DNA from: Eubacteriales bacterium
Lineage (GTDB): Bacteria > Bacillota > Clostridia > Oscillospirales > CAG-272
Reading direction: 5' to 3'
DNA length: 47,697 nucleotides
Assembly: GCA_045659745.1 (NCBI GenBank)
Contig: JAZRCL010000081.1
Span: 1 to 47,697, forward strand
A program made the translations under genes and the position numbers. The notes under the pieces were generated by a model, which saw nothing but the letters and a program-made list of their open reading frames with translations, was not told where the DNA came from and made no database searches. Shown one piece after another: positions 1 to 8,696 of this stretch; the first letter of the stretch is position 1, and each line of letters begins with the position of its first letter.

Positions 1-86
1 TTATTCAAAATTTTTTTAATTTTTTGTTTTCATTTTTTTCCCCCAAAAAAAAATAAAATCACGCCGATGAAATCGGCTTCAACATT

Positions 87-155
87 TTATCCTCGTTTGA
101 TTTGAATCGAAAGTGGACAAGTGCTATGCGATTTCATCGAAATATGATTTTTCAT
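87..155 (-). CDS. Putative 22-aa peptide MKNHISMKSHSTCPLSIQIKRG (not in ORF track)
   Basis: Hand-translated. Preceded by a GGAGGTG RBS and a TTGACT-17-TATAAT promoter (~194-222, minus strand); followed by a GCCGAT-TTC-ATCGGC hairpin. Near the low-complexity window edge, so it may be a damaged longer gene. Confidence 0.35.
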   Translation of the reverse strand: MKNHISMKSHSTCPLSIQIKRG

Positions 156-333
156 TTTGCCCACCTCCATTTCTAAAAGATTATTACATGGTTATTATAC
201 TATGTATTTGTTTCAAAGTCAATAACTTAATAGTTTAAATTCTTCAACTGCGGGTTGAAAAAATTAAACCTTTGATTTATTGCGCAAAAGCATTTTATGT
301 GATATAATTAAACCAACGAAAGGGGATGATTAT

Positions 334-660
334 ATGGAAAACGTAAATATTGTATTAGCCGCAAACATTTTAAGGTATAGAAAGACAACCGGTCTTAGTC
401 AAGAAGAGCTTGCAAACAAATTGGGTGTTACTTTTCAAGCGGTTTCTAAATGGGAAAATGCAAAAGCAGCGCCCGATATTACATTTTTGCCGATAATGGC
501 TGACATTTTCGGTTGTTATATAGATGAGCTATTTGGAAGAATAGTAAGGACTGAAAATCACTTTGATCTTTGTACTGAACTTCCTTTCCCTGATGATGGC
601 ATTATGAGAGAAGTTTTGTGCAACGGAAGAAAAATAATAAAGATTAAACCTATTGGATAA
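334..660 (+). CDS. XRE-family HTH transcriptional regulator
   Basis: LSQEELANKLGVTFQAVSKWE..APDI HTH_3 motif; ATG 334 follows an AAAGGGGA RBS (ORF track start 280 is too long). Confidence 0.9.
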   Translation: MENVNIVLAANILRYRKTTGLSQEELANKLGVTFQAVSKWENAKAAPDITFLPIMADIFGCYIDELFGRIVRTENHFDLCTELPFPDDGIMREVLCNGRKIIKIKPIG

Positions 661-731
661 AAATCTTTAGTTTTAAGTCGGTAGGACATATTGGTTTTCA
701 TTTATATTATTAATAAACGATAGAGCGTAAT

Positions 732-1157
732 ATGACATATAAATCTAAAATGATGATTGTAATGCGTCGAGATTTAAAGATGCGTAAAGGAAAAATAGCG
801 GCGCAAGCGGGGCACGCTTGTATTGATGCTATCTTGATGGTATTGAACAAAGAAGGTCGTATGAACGATTTTGATATGACTTCTGACGAAATTGCTTTGA
901 AGGACACAAACAAACCAAGAACCCCTTTATCTGATTGGTTTTTGTATGGTTGCGCAAAGATTTGTGTATATGTAGATTCAGAAGAAGCTTTATTAGATAT
1001 CGCGCAAAAAGCAAAAGAAAAAGGAATTATTGCGTCTGTAATCACAGATGCGGGAATGACGGAGTTTCATGGTGTCCCAACAAAAACCTGTCTTGCGCTG
1101 GAGCCCTTGCCTGCTGAAATCGCAGACGAATTAACGGGTGATTTACCGTTATATTGA
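732..1157 (+). CDS. pth2: Peptidyl-tRNA hydrolase, Pth2 (archaeal/eukaryotic-type) family
   Basis: MIVMRRDLKMRKGKIAAQAGHA, AKICV and DAGMTEF..PTKTCLAL.P are Pth2 signature motifs. Confidence 0.88.
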   Translation: MTYKSKMMIVMRRDLKMRKGKIAAQAGHACIDAILMVLNKEGRMNDFDMTSDEIALKDTNKPRTPLSDWFLYGCAKICVYVDSEEALLDIAQKAKEKGIIASVITDAGMTEFHGVPTKTCLALEPLPAEIADELTGDLPLY

Positions 1158-1193
1158 GAAATGGTTCAATTCTGTTGGATCAACACAAAAAAT

Positions 1194-1222
1194 CAGGTAG
1201 GCATTTGCCTACCTGCTTTTTT
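1194..1222 (+). terminator. Intrinsic terminator after pth2
   Basis: CAGGTAGGC-ATTT-GCCTACCTG followed by a T tract. Confidence 0.8.
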
Positions 1223-1260
1223 CGTATCTCTCCTGCCGGACTCTCACAACAGCGACATTT

Positions 1261-1285
1261 ACAACAAAATCGCAGATTTTGTTGT
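1261..1285. repeat. REP-like perfect hairpin with GCA triloop
   Basis: ACAACAAAATC-GCA-GATTTTGTTGT in an intergenic region; no U tract. Confidence 0.45.
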
Positions 1286-1461
1286 GTGGTCGCATGGTTC
1301 GTTCATTTTCTCGGGCTTTCCTTACCTTGATGATACATCATCCCTCGCCTTGACTTTTTGATATATTTGTGTTATACTCCATTTAATAAGAGATAACACG
1401 CTTATAGCCAACAATAATCTATACACAACACTCTCGTAACGAGAAAAATTGAGGTGATTTT

Positions 1462-2364
1462 ATGATACCTTCTCCGCTTTACAAGGACCCTATTTATAAC
1501 GGCGCGGCTGATCCGATGATCATTCGAAAGGAATCGAATGGGAATTATTATATGTTTTACACGCAACGCAGAGCAAATCAAAACGTGGAAAACGTTTCTT
1601 TTGCTTATGGCACGGCGATTGGAGTTGCTGAATCTTTTGATTGTGAGGACTGGCATTATCTGGGGGCGCTTGATCTTAATTTTGAGTTTGGCCATAATAC
1701 CTTTTGGGCGCCGGAAATTGTTTATGATCCTGCGACCAAGCTATATCACATGTACGTGACATATATTCGCGGAATTTATACCGACTGGAAGGGTGTTGCA
1801 ACGCTGGAGCATTACACGTCGGAGGATCTGTTTTATTGGCAGCATATAGGCGGTTTGAGCTTTGGATCAAGCAGAATCATTGATCCGTGTGTGTTCAGAC
1901 TTCCTTCGGGAATTTGGCGCATGTGGTATAAGGATGAATGTCATAAGTCTAACACGTGCTATGCTGACAGCGAGAATTTATACGATTGGGATTTTAAGGG
2001 AGTTGCGACGAGCGATGAGGCGCAGGAGGGTCCAAACGTATTTGAGTTTGCGGGAAAATATTGGATGATTGCTGACGTGTGGCGCGGAATGGCGGTTTAC
2101 AGCTCTAATGATTGCGAGCATTTTTACAGACAAAAAGAAAATATCCTCTGCGGAGGCGGCAAGCGCAAGGACGACAACGTCAACGGCGCGCACGCCGACG
2201 TGTTCGTAGTTGGAGACAGAGCATTTATAGTTTATTTTACGCTCCCCGATTCAAATTTCAAGGAACGTTCTTGTGTTCAAATGGCAGAGCTTACGGTTGA
2301 AAACGGCATTTTGGTGTGCAACAGAGACGCAGAGTTTTCAATTCACGTTAAAAAAGAGGCTTGA
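1462..2364 (+). CDS. Five-bladed beta-propeller glycoside hydrolase (GH43-like), cytoplasmic
   Basis: AADP, FWAPE, IIDP, QEGP and AHAD motifs typical of GH43/clan F; no signal peptide. Confidence 0.85.
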   Translation: MIPSPLYKDPIYNGAADPMIIRKESNGNYYMFYTQRRANQNVENVSFAYGTAIGVAESFDCEDWHYLGALDLNFEFGHNTFWAPEIVYDPATKLYHMYVTYIRGIYTDWKGVATLEHYTSEDLFYWQHIGGLSFGSSRIIDPCVFRLPSGIWRMWYKDECHKSNTCYADSENLYDWDFKGVATSDEAQEGPNVFEFAGKYWMIADVWRGMAVYSSNDCEHFYRQKENILCGGGKRKDDNVNGAHADVFVVGDRAFIVYFTLPDSNFKERSCVQMAELTVENGILVCNRDAEFSIHVKKEA

Positions 2365-2405
2365 TTTCGGCGTCAGAGCAGAAAAATTGAGTTGTAAGCA
2401 AGATG

Positions 2406-2431
2406 AGCAGGTCAAATGACCTGCTTTTCTG
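2406..2431 (+). terminator. Intrinsic terminator after the GH43-like gene
   Basis: AGCAGGTCA-AA-TGACCTGCT followed by TTTCTG. Confidence 0.7.
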
Positions 2432-2544
2432 TTAGTTCTTCGCCCATAACTATCGAGCAAAAATCCTCAGACTTGATTTTTTACCCAAAGTATGCTATAA
2501 TATGTTCAACATACACCTATTTTTAAGAAAAAAGGAAAACTGTT

Positions 2545-4449
2545 ATGAAATTTGTAAAACGCTTACTTGCTATTTCTCTCGTTTTTGTGATGCTTTTGTC
2601 GTGCTTTTGTCTTTTGACGGGAGCCGAGAGTGTGTCGTCTGACGACGAGATTACAATTCTCTTTACGCATGACCTTCATTCCCACCTGCTCCCCTCGGCA
2701 AACGAGGACGGAGAAGGCGAGTACGGTGGATATGCCCGTCTTATGACTCTGATCAAGGAGCAGAAGGCGCTCGATCCTGACGCCATTCTGGTGGACGGAG
2801 GAGACTTTTCCATGGGCTCTCTGTTTCAGACCGCATTTGCCACCTCGGCAATAGAGCTGCGAATGATGGGGGCTATGGGCTATGATGCCACGACGTTTGG
2901 CAATCACGAGTACGATTATCTTCAGGACGGGCTCAAGTCTATGCTGAACGTGGCGTCAGACTGCGGCGACCCCGTGCCGCCGATTTTGTGCGCTAACTAT
3001 TGGCCGCCTATTGAGGGTCAGGATGGTTATGACGCTGCTATGTGGGACGCGTTGAACAATTACGGCGTAAAGGATTACAAGATTCTTGAGCGCGGCGGAG
3101 TTTACTACGTCATTTTCGGCATTTTCGGTAAGGACTCGGATGACTGCGCGCCAAATTCGGGTATGATTTTAGAGGATCCTATCAAGATTGCACAGGAGAC
3201 TGTGGATATAGCTGTCAAGGACTGCAAGGACACTTACGGAGTGGATCCCGTCGTTATCTGTCTCTCCCACAGCGGCACAGAGGACGGCAAGGGCGAGGAC
3301 TACGAGCTTGCAAAGGAGGTTGACGGCATTGACGTTATTATATCGGGACACACCCATACAACCCTTAATGAGCCCATCGCGGTCAACGACACGGTTATTG
3401 CGTCGGCAGGTGAGTACGGCCGCTATCTTGGCGTAGTCAAGCTGACACGTGACGGAAGCCTCAAGAGCTACGAGCTTATTCCCGTGGACGAGACGGTGGC
3501 AGAGGATCCCACTATAGCCGCTATGGTGGAGGGCTACAAGACCTCTGTGGAGGAGGATTATCTTTCAAAGTACGGCTTTGGATTTGATCAGGTGCTTGTG
3601 AACAACAAGTACAAGTTTGACACCGTGAACGAAGTATATGCGACTCAGCACGAGTCAACGCTTGGCAATCTGTTTTCTGACGCCTACAAGGCTGCAGTAG
3701 AGAAGGCCACGGGCAAGAAGGTTGACGTGGCGCTGACGGCTTCGGGTGTTATCCGAGCAAGCATGCCGATTGGTGATGTCAAAGTTTCAGACGTGTTCAA
3801 CGCCGCGTCTCTTGGCGTGGGCACGGAGGGCGAGCTTATCGCTATTTATATTACGGGCAAAGACCTGAAAAACGCCATTGAGCTTGACGCGTCGGTTCAG
3901 CCTCTTATGAACTCTGCGCAGCTTTTTATGTCGGGTGTGGAATATTCCTTCAACAAAAACCGCATGATCTTCAATAAGGTGGATTACGCGATGCTTCGAA
4001 ACGAGGATGGAACACTCAGCGAGATTGAGGACGACAAGCTCTATTATATCGTAGCGGGAATGTATATGGGACAGATGCTGGGCTCTGCCGAGGAGACATC
4101 TATGGGAATTCTGACTATTACGCCCCGTGATGCTGACGGCAATCCTATTGAGGTGAGCGAGCTGGTCAATTACGTGGTAAAGGACGAAAACGGCAATCCC
4201 CTCAAGGAGTGGTACGCTATTGCGGACTACCTCGACAATATGGGCGGCGAAATGGACGCTAAATATGCCGAGACCGACGGACGCAAGGTGGTGTATTCCA
4301 GCATAAATCCCATCAGCCTTCTTCGCAACGCCAATATTTTCACGTATATTGCGCTGGCATTGATACTGATTCTGCTTTCCGTGATCGCATTGGTGGTCTG
4401 GCTCGTGATAAGACGTATCAGAAGAAAAAAGCATGTACAGACTGCTTGA
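2545..4449 (+). CDS. Membrane-anchored bifunctional metallophosphatase / 5'-nucleotidase
   Basis: Signal peptide; DLHSH, DGGD, GNHEYD, LSH and GHTH metallophosphoesterase motifs; 5'-nucleotidase C-domain; C-terminal TM plus basic tail. Confidence 0.92.
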   Translation: MKFVKRLLAISLVFVMLLSCFCLLTGAESVSSDDEITILFTHDLHSHLLPSANEDGEGEYGGYARLMTLIKEQKALDPDAILVDGGDFSMGSLFQTAFATSAIELRMMGAMGYDATTFGNHEYDYLQDGLKSMLNVASDCGDPVPPILCANYWPPIEGQDGYDAAMWDALNNYGVKDYKILERGGVYYVIFGIFGKDSDDCAPNSGMILEDPIKIAQETVDIAVKDCKDTYGVDPVVICLSHSGTEDGKGEDYELAKEVDGIDVIISGHTHTTLNEPIAVNDTVIASAGEYGRYLGVVKLTRDGSLKSYELIPVDETVAEDPTIAAMVEGYKTSVEEDYLSKYGFGFDQVLVNNKYKFDTVNEVYATQHESTLGNLFSDAYKAAVEKATGKKVDVALTASGVIRASMPIGDVKVSDVFNAASLGVGTEGELIAIYITGKDLKNAIELDASVQPLMNSAQLFMSGVEYSFNKNRMIFNKVDYAMLRNEDGTLSEIEDDKLYYIVAGMYMGQMLGSAEETSMGILTITPRDADGNPIEVSELVNYVVKDENGNPLKEWYAIADYLDNMGGEMDAKYAETDGRKVVYSSINPISLLRNANIFTYIALALILILLSVIALVVWLVIRRIRRKKHVQTA

Positions 4450-4455
4450 TATACA

Positions 4456-4495
4456 AAACAGCAGGTAGGTGAAAGCCTACCTGCTGTTTGATTTT
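4456..4495 (+). terminator. Intrinsic terminator after the 5'-nucleotidase
   Basis: AAACAGCAGGTAGGT-GAAA-GCCTACCTGCTGTTT. Confidence 0.8.
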
Positions 4496-4643
4496 CACTT
4501 GCCACCCAACATTAAGGTTGCGACAAGGCAGAGAGTTATCCTTTTAGTTGACCCCGCAATAAAAATGCGTTATTGATTTTTGAGGCCTTAGGCGGTATAA
4601 TTAAATTGTGAGGACGTCCAATAAATTTATTTGGGAGGACAAT

Positions 4644-5687
4644 ATGGAAATAAGCAATAAAATTAAGCAATTAAGATACAAGTCAGGGCTTACGCAAGAG
4701 CAGCTTGCCGCGCGGCTCGGGGTCAGCGCGCAGTCGGTGTCAAAGTGGGAAAATGCGGTCGCCATGCCGGACATAACACTTTTGCCGCTTATCGCGGAAA
4801 TATTTGGCGTGAGTATTGACGAGCTTTTTGATCTCACGGTGGAGCAGAAGCTGCGCCGCATTGAAAATCGTATTGATGTCGAGGAGGAGTTTTCTCCCGA
4901 GCTGTTCAAGGAATACGAGGATTTTTTGAAAAGTCAACTTGATGATAACAACGACAAGGTACGTATTATGGAGCTGCTTGCCAATCTGTACCATCATCGC
5001 ATGGAGTCCGACGCGCGCCGAGTCAGCAAATACGCCCGCGAGGCAATTTTAATGAAGCCCGAGCATAAAAACTGCCAATGGCTTTTGCAGATGGCAGAGG
5101 GACATTGTGTTTGGGATTGGAATATGGCAAATCATTCTACGGCGATTGATTTTTATAAAAACGTAATTGAGAGCGATAAGGGAGAGCCCAAAACGACAAT
5201 GCCGTATTATTACGTCATTGATAATCTGCTCGCAGACCACAGAGCCAAGGAGGCGGAGGAGTATCTTAATATATATCAGACGCTCCCCGCGCACAAGCCC
5301 GCGATGATTCCCGTGTACCGGGCGCATATTGCTTTGGCGGAGTACGACGTAGAGCGCGCTGATGCAATTATTGAGGACGCAATGGTAGGTTTTGCGGACA
5401 ATGAAACGTTTCTGTTTGAGGCGGCGCAGTATTACGCGCACAGATGTGAGTATGAAAAGGCGATAAAAATCTACAAGCTTTCATGGGAGAGAGGCGAAAA
5501 GCCCCGACACACCGACGCGCTGCACGGAATATCCATTATATATGAAATACTTGGAGACAACGAAAAGGCAGTTCAGACGCAAAACAGACTTCTTGAATGT
5601 CTGAAAACCGAATGGGGATTTTCAAACGACGACAGAGCAGTGCTTGAGACTGAGCGTGAAATATCAAGGCTTCAGCGAAAGGGCTAA
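4644..5687 (+). CDS. XRE-HTH regulator with C-terminal TPR-like helical domain
   Basis: LTQEQLAARLGVSAQSVSKWE HTH; TPR-like repeats (YEKAIKIYK, ALHGISIIYEILGDNEKAV); ATG 4644 follows GGGAGG. Confidence 0.88.
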   Translation: MEISNKIKQLRYKSGLTQEQLAARLGVSAQSVSKWENAVAMPDITLLPLIAEIFGVSIDELFDLTVEQKLRRIENRIDVEEEFSPELFKEYEDFLKSQLDDNNDKVRIMELLANLYHHRMESDARRVSKYAREAILMKPEHKNCQWLLQMAEGHCVWDWNMANHSTAIDFYKNVIESDKGEPKTTMPYYYVIDNLLADHRAKEAEEYLNIYQTLPAHKPAMIPVYRAHIALAEYDVERADAIIEDAMVGFADNETFLFEAAQYYAHRCEYEKAIKIYKLSWERGEKPRHTDALHGISIIYEILGDNEKAVQTQNRLLECLKTEWGFSNDDRAVLETEREISRLQRKG

Positions 5688-5823
5688 TGTTTGGTGTGGA
5701 ACTTTGAAATTCACCAATTTTAATACTCACTCTCAACAAACGTGATATTGCAAAATGAAAATTCGGGTGATATAATATAATCAGAAGGTGCGCAGCTTCA
5801 AATTTTTTTGAGGAAGGTATTTT

Positions 5824-6957
5824 ATGAACCTGAATTTTGCAGAAAATTTCAAACGCTTACGAAAAGAGAAGGGCGTGACACAAGAGAAGCTTGCGGAGGC
5901 GCTTGACGTGTCGTCGCAGTCTGTGTCGAGGTGGGAGCTTAGTATATGCTATCCCGACGTTGAGTTGTTGCCGTCAATAGCTAACTATTTTGGGGTGACT
6001 GTGGACAGCCTTCTGTCCAATGACGCTTGTTCAAAGGAGCGCGACAGGGAAATATTCAATCAAAAAATAGATATGCTTTCGGACGAAAGCGCCGAGCGCA
6101 TAGATTTTGTAAGGGAATATTGCCGCAAATACCCCGATGACGATTATTATTCATACAATATGGTGTGCGCCGTAAGGGATCATTTGCTTTCTGCTCCAAG
6201 TGATAATGAAAGATATATGCCGCTTATGCTCAAGCACGCGCAAAAATTGCTGGAAACGCAATATCGCAACGCCGTCATTCAGCTTATGGTGACTGTATGT
6301 GACGATAAGGACCTACCAAGTTGGCTTAATATGTCTCCATATCGCGCGGGATTTTCAAGACGCGCCTGCCTCGTTTCACGCGCATCGGTGCAGGGTACAC
6401 CCGCGGAAGCGTACATTCAACACGGGCTTGAAATGCTTGAGACTATGGCGGATCAGCTTGACGCGCGCTGTCCCGATGCTATGGGTGCGCAAAGAAAGGT
6501 TGTATTCCAGAAGGACGTTTTGAGGACTATCCGATCGTTTGGAAACGGCGTTGTGCCTGATGGCTGGAAGCTGTTTTACGCATACAAGCAGCTCGTGCTT
6601 TCCGCGTGTCTGTTTGGCTGCAGCGAGATGGACGAGGGCTGGGCAAACTTTGACGAGGCGATGGAGACTTGCAAGTCCGTCTATGCCACAAACAACGAAT
6701 GGCTTGACCTTGGCAGCGAGCTGTTCTCTGGGCTGAAGGTCAGTCGAGATTGGAACTACGCCATAGATGAGCAAGGAAACAAGCACAAGCTGTTTGGCGT
6801 TGTGAGACTGTCGTTCTATAATCCCGTATATATACGCGATCTGCTGACAAATCCCCGCTGGGCGTGGTTTCACCCTGTCAGAGAGACTACTGAATTCCAG
6901 GCCGCAGTTGAGTGGGCAAGGGCTATTGAAGAAAAATATAAAAAGAAAATGGAATAA
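5824..6957 (+). CDS. XRE-HTH regulator with large helical C-terminal domain
   Basis: VTQEKLAEALDVSSQSVSRWE..YPDV HTH; ~310-aa C-terminal region of unknown function. Confidence 0.88.
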   Translation: MNLNFAENFKRLRKEKGVTQEKLAEALDVSSQSVSRWELSICYPDVELLPSIANYFGVTVDSLLSNDACSKERDREIFNQKIDMLSDESAERIDFVREYCRKYPDDDYYSYNMVCAVRDHLLSAPSDNERYMPLMLKHAQKLLETQYRNAVIQLMVTVCDDKDLPSWLNMSPYRAGFSRRACLVSRASVQGTPAEAYIQHGLEMLETMADQLDARCPDAMGAQRKVVFQKDVLRTIRSFGNGVVPDGWKLFYAYKQLVLSACLFGCSEMDEGWANFDEAMETCKSVYATNNEWLDLGSELFSGLKVSRDWNYAIDEQGNKHKLFGVVRLSFYNPVYIRDLLTNPRWAWFHPVRETTEFQAAVEWARAIEEKYKKKME

Positions 6958-6962
6958 AAGAT

Positions 6963-7436
6963 ATGATACACCACCCGATACCGCCGATATATGATGAAAA
7001 TTCAAAAATACTGATACTTGGCAGCTTTCCGTCGGTTAAATCCCGAGAGATAGAGTTTTTCTACGGACATCCTCAAAACAGATTCTGGAGAGTGATGGCG
7101 GCTGTTTTCGAGAGACCTGTGCCGCAAACAATAGACGAGAAAAGAGAGCTGCTTTTGGCACACGGGGTTGCTGTCTGGGACGTAATTGGCTCTTGCGAGA
7201 TCACGGGAAGCTCGGATAGCTCGATCAAAAACGTTGTTCCGAATGATCTTGGTGAAATTTTTGCGGCCGCTGATATAAAGCAAATATTCGTCAATGGCAA
7301 AACCGCTGAAAAATATTATAATAAGTATATGAAAGAGAAGTACGGCAGGGAGGCGGTGTGTCTGCCCTCAACCTCGCCCGCAAACGCGTCGTGGACTACT
7401 GAAAAATTGGTTGAAGCATGGCGTGTTATCAAATGA
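6963..7436 (+). CDS. DNA-deoxyinosine (hypoxanthine) glycosylase, UDG superfamily
   Basis: LILGSFPSVKS, FYGHPQNRFW, WDV and LPSTSPAN motifs. Confidence 0.9.
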   Translation: MIHHPIPPIYDENSKILILGSFPSVKSREIEFFYGHPQNRFWRVMAAVFERPVPQTIDEKRELLLAHGVAVWDVIGSCEITGSSDSSIKNVVPNDLGEIFAAADIKQIFVNGKTAEKYYNKYMKEKYGREAVCLPSTSPANASWTTEKLVEAWRVIK

Positions 7437-7438
7437 TA

Positions 7439-7466
7439 AAAGCCCCAAGGTTATCCTTGGGGCTTT
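7439..7466 (+). terminator. Intrinsic terminator
   Basis: AAAGCCCCAAGG-TTAT-CCTTGGGGCTTT. Confidence 0.75.
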
Positions 7467-7564
7467 GTGCTATCCCTGCCACCATTTACAGCTTGAAAAC
7501 CCTTATGTTATATGGTATAATGTAATAGATGACGTCATTAAAACAACAGGAGGAATGTGAAATA

Positions 7565-8179
7565 TTGAAGAGAAGAACAGTAGTATTTATATTTAGTATT
7601 ATAGCAGTATTTATGCTCTTTTGCGTGAGTGTGTCGGCGGAAAACGTGACGCACACGGTCGTCAGGGGAGATACTTTATGGAAGATAGCGGTCAGATACG
7701 AGGTAGGGCTCGGCGAGATAAAAAGTGCAAATCCCCAATTTACAAACCCCGACCTTATATATCCCGGCCAGACAGTTTATATACCGCTGACGGACTCGTC
7801 GGTGTTGAATTTTGAGCGCGAGGTGGTAAGGCTTGTTAACGTTGAGCGTACCAAGGCGGGACTCAAAGAGCTTACTTATGACTGGGAGCTCAGTCGCGTT
7901 GCACGTATAAAATCGCAGGATATGAAGGACAATAAGTATTTTTCCCACAATAGCCCCACGTACGGCTCGCCGTTTGATATGATGAAGAGCTTTGGTATCA
8001 GATATAGAAGCGCGGGCGAGAACATAGCAAGAGGTCAGGCTACTCCGCAGGCGGTGGTAAACGCGTGGATGAATTCCTCGGGTCACCGAGCGAATATTTT
8101 GAATCCTTCGTTTACGCATATCGGAGTAGGGTACGTAGCAAGCGGCAGATACTGGACGCAGATGTTTGTGGGCAGATAA
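7565..8179 (+). CDS. Secreted LysM (SafA/ExsA-type) + CAP/SCP (YkwD/YlbC-like) protein
   Basis: Signal peptide; HTVVRGDTLWKIA..NPDLIYPGQ LysM; FSHNSP, GENIA and WMNSSGHRANIL CAP motifs; TTG 7565 follows AGGAGG. Confidence 0.9.
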   Translation: MKRRTVVFIFSIIAVFMLFCVSVSAENVTHTVVRGDTLWKIAVRYEVGLGEIKSANPQFTNPDLIYPGQTVYIPLTDSSVLNFEREVVRLVNVERTKAGLKELTYDWELSRVARIKSQDMKDNKYFSHNSPTYGSPFDMMKSFGIRYRSAGENIARGQATPQAVVNAWMNSSGHRANILNPSFTHIGVGYVASGRYWTQMFVGR

Positions 8180-8290
8180 GCCATATTGAAGAGCCAATGG
8201 CAAATTTTTGTTGACATAATACCTTTGTTTATGATATAATTAGGCATATAAAGCCACGAAATACGACATTATCTCGGAGGACAAGGAATT

Positions 8291-8608
8291 ATGAAAAAGA
8301 AGACCAAAAATGTGTTGAGAGTAATTATCAGCATTATCTATATCATCTGGGGATTTTATGCGCCCCTGTCAGCACTCAAGGCTGTGATCGCGCTTGACGT
8401 AGGAGCTATTGCTTCCGCAGCGGTAGGCGTGTTTATGCTGTTTGCGGGAATTTTCGGACTTTTCGGATTCAAGAAGAAAACAGGCAGAACTCTCGGCATA
8501 ATAATTTTCGTTTGTTCTCTCGTGGCAGTCATACTTGCGCTGCCGTCGATAAATGCAAGCTCTATAATCACCGCAGTGCTTGCTTGGTTGTTTATAATCT
8601 GCGGATAA
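8291..8608 (+). CDS. Small four-helix integral membrane protein of unknown function
   Basis: Own TTGACA-17-TATAAT promoter and GGAGG RBS; four hydrophobic segments; followed by a terminator. Confidence 0.75.
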   Translation: MKKKTKNVLRVIISIIYIIWGFYAPLSALKAVIALDVGAIASAAVGVFMLFAGIFGLFGFKKKTGRTLGIIIFVCSLVAVILALPSINASSIITAVLAWLFIICG

Positions 8609-8610
8609 AT

Positions 8611-8645
8611 AAAAAGAAGCCGACATCGGCTTCTTTTTATTTTTT
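8611..8645 (+). terminator. Intrinsic terminator
   Basis: AAAAAGAAGCCGA-CA-TCGGCTTCTTTTT. Confidence 0.8.
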
Positions 8646-8696
8646 CATTGACAAATTTCGAGAGGAATTGTATAATGGAAATAATATATTAAGTTA

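Noticed and set aside
1-60. Homopolymer-rich T/C/A runs
   Set aside because: Likely low-quality contig-end sequence; no interpretable feature
3787-4434. 215-aa antisense ORF, and similar shadows at 6376-7005, 17762-18376, 33559-34215 and 36695-37378
   Set aside because: All are opposite strongly supported genes and lack recognisable motifs
5687-5823. Possible pheromone-peptide gene for the XRE-TPR regulator
   Set aside because: Only a 6-codon ATG-TGA frame without RBS or signal character; the rest is the next gene's promoter
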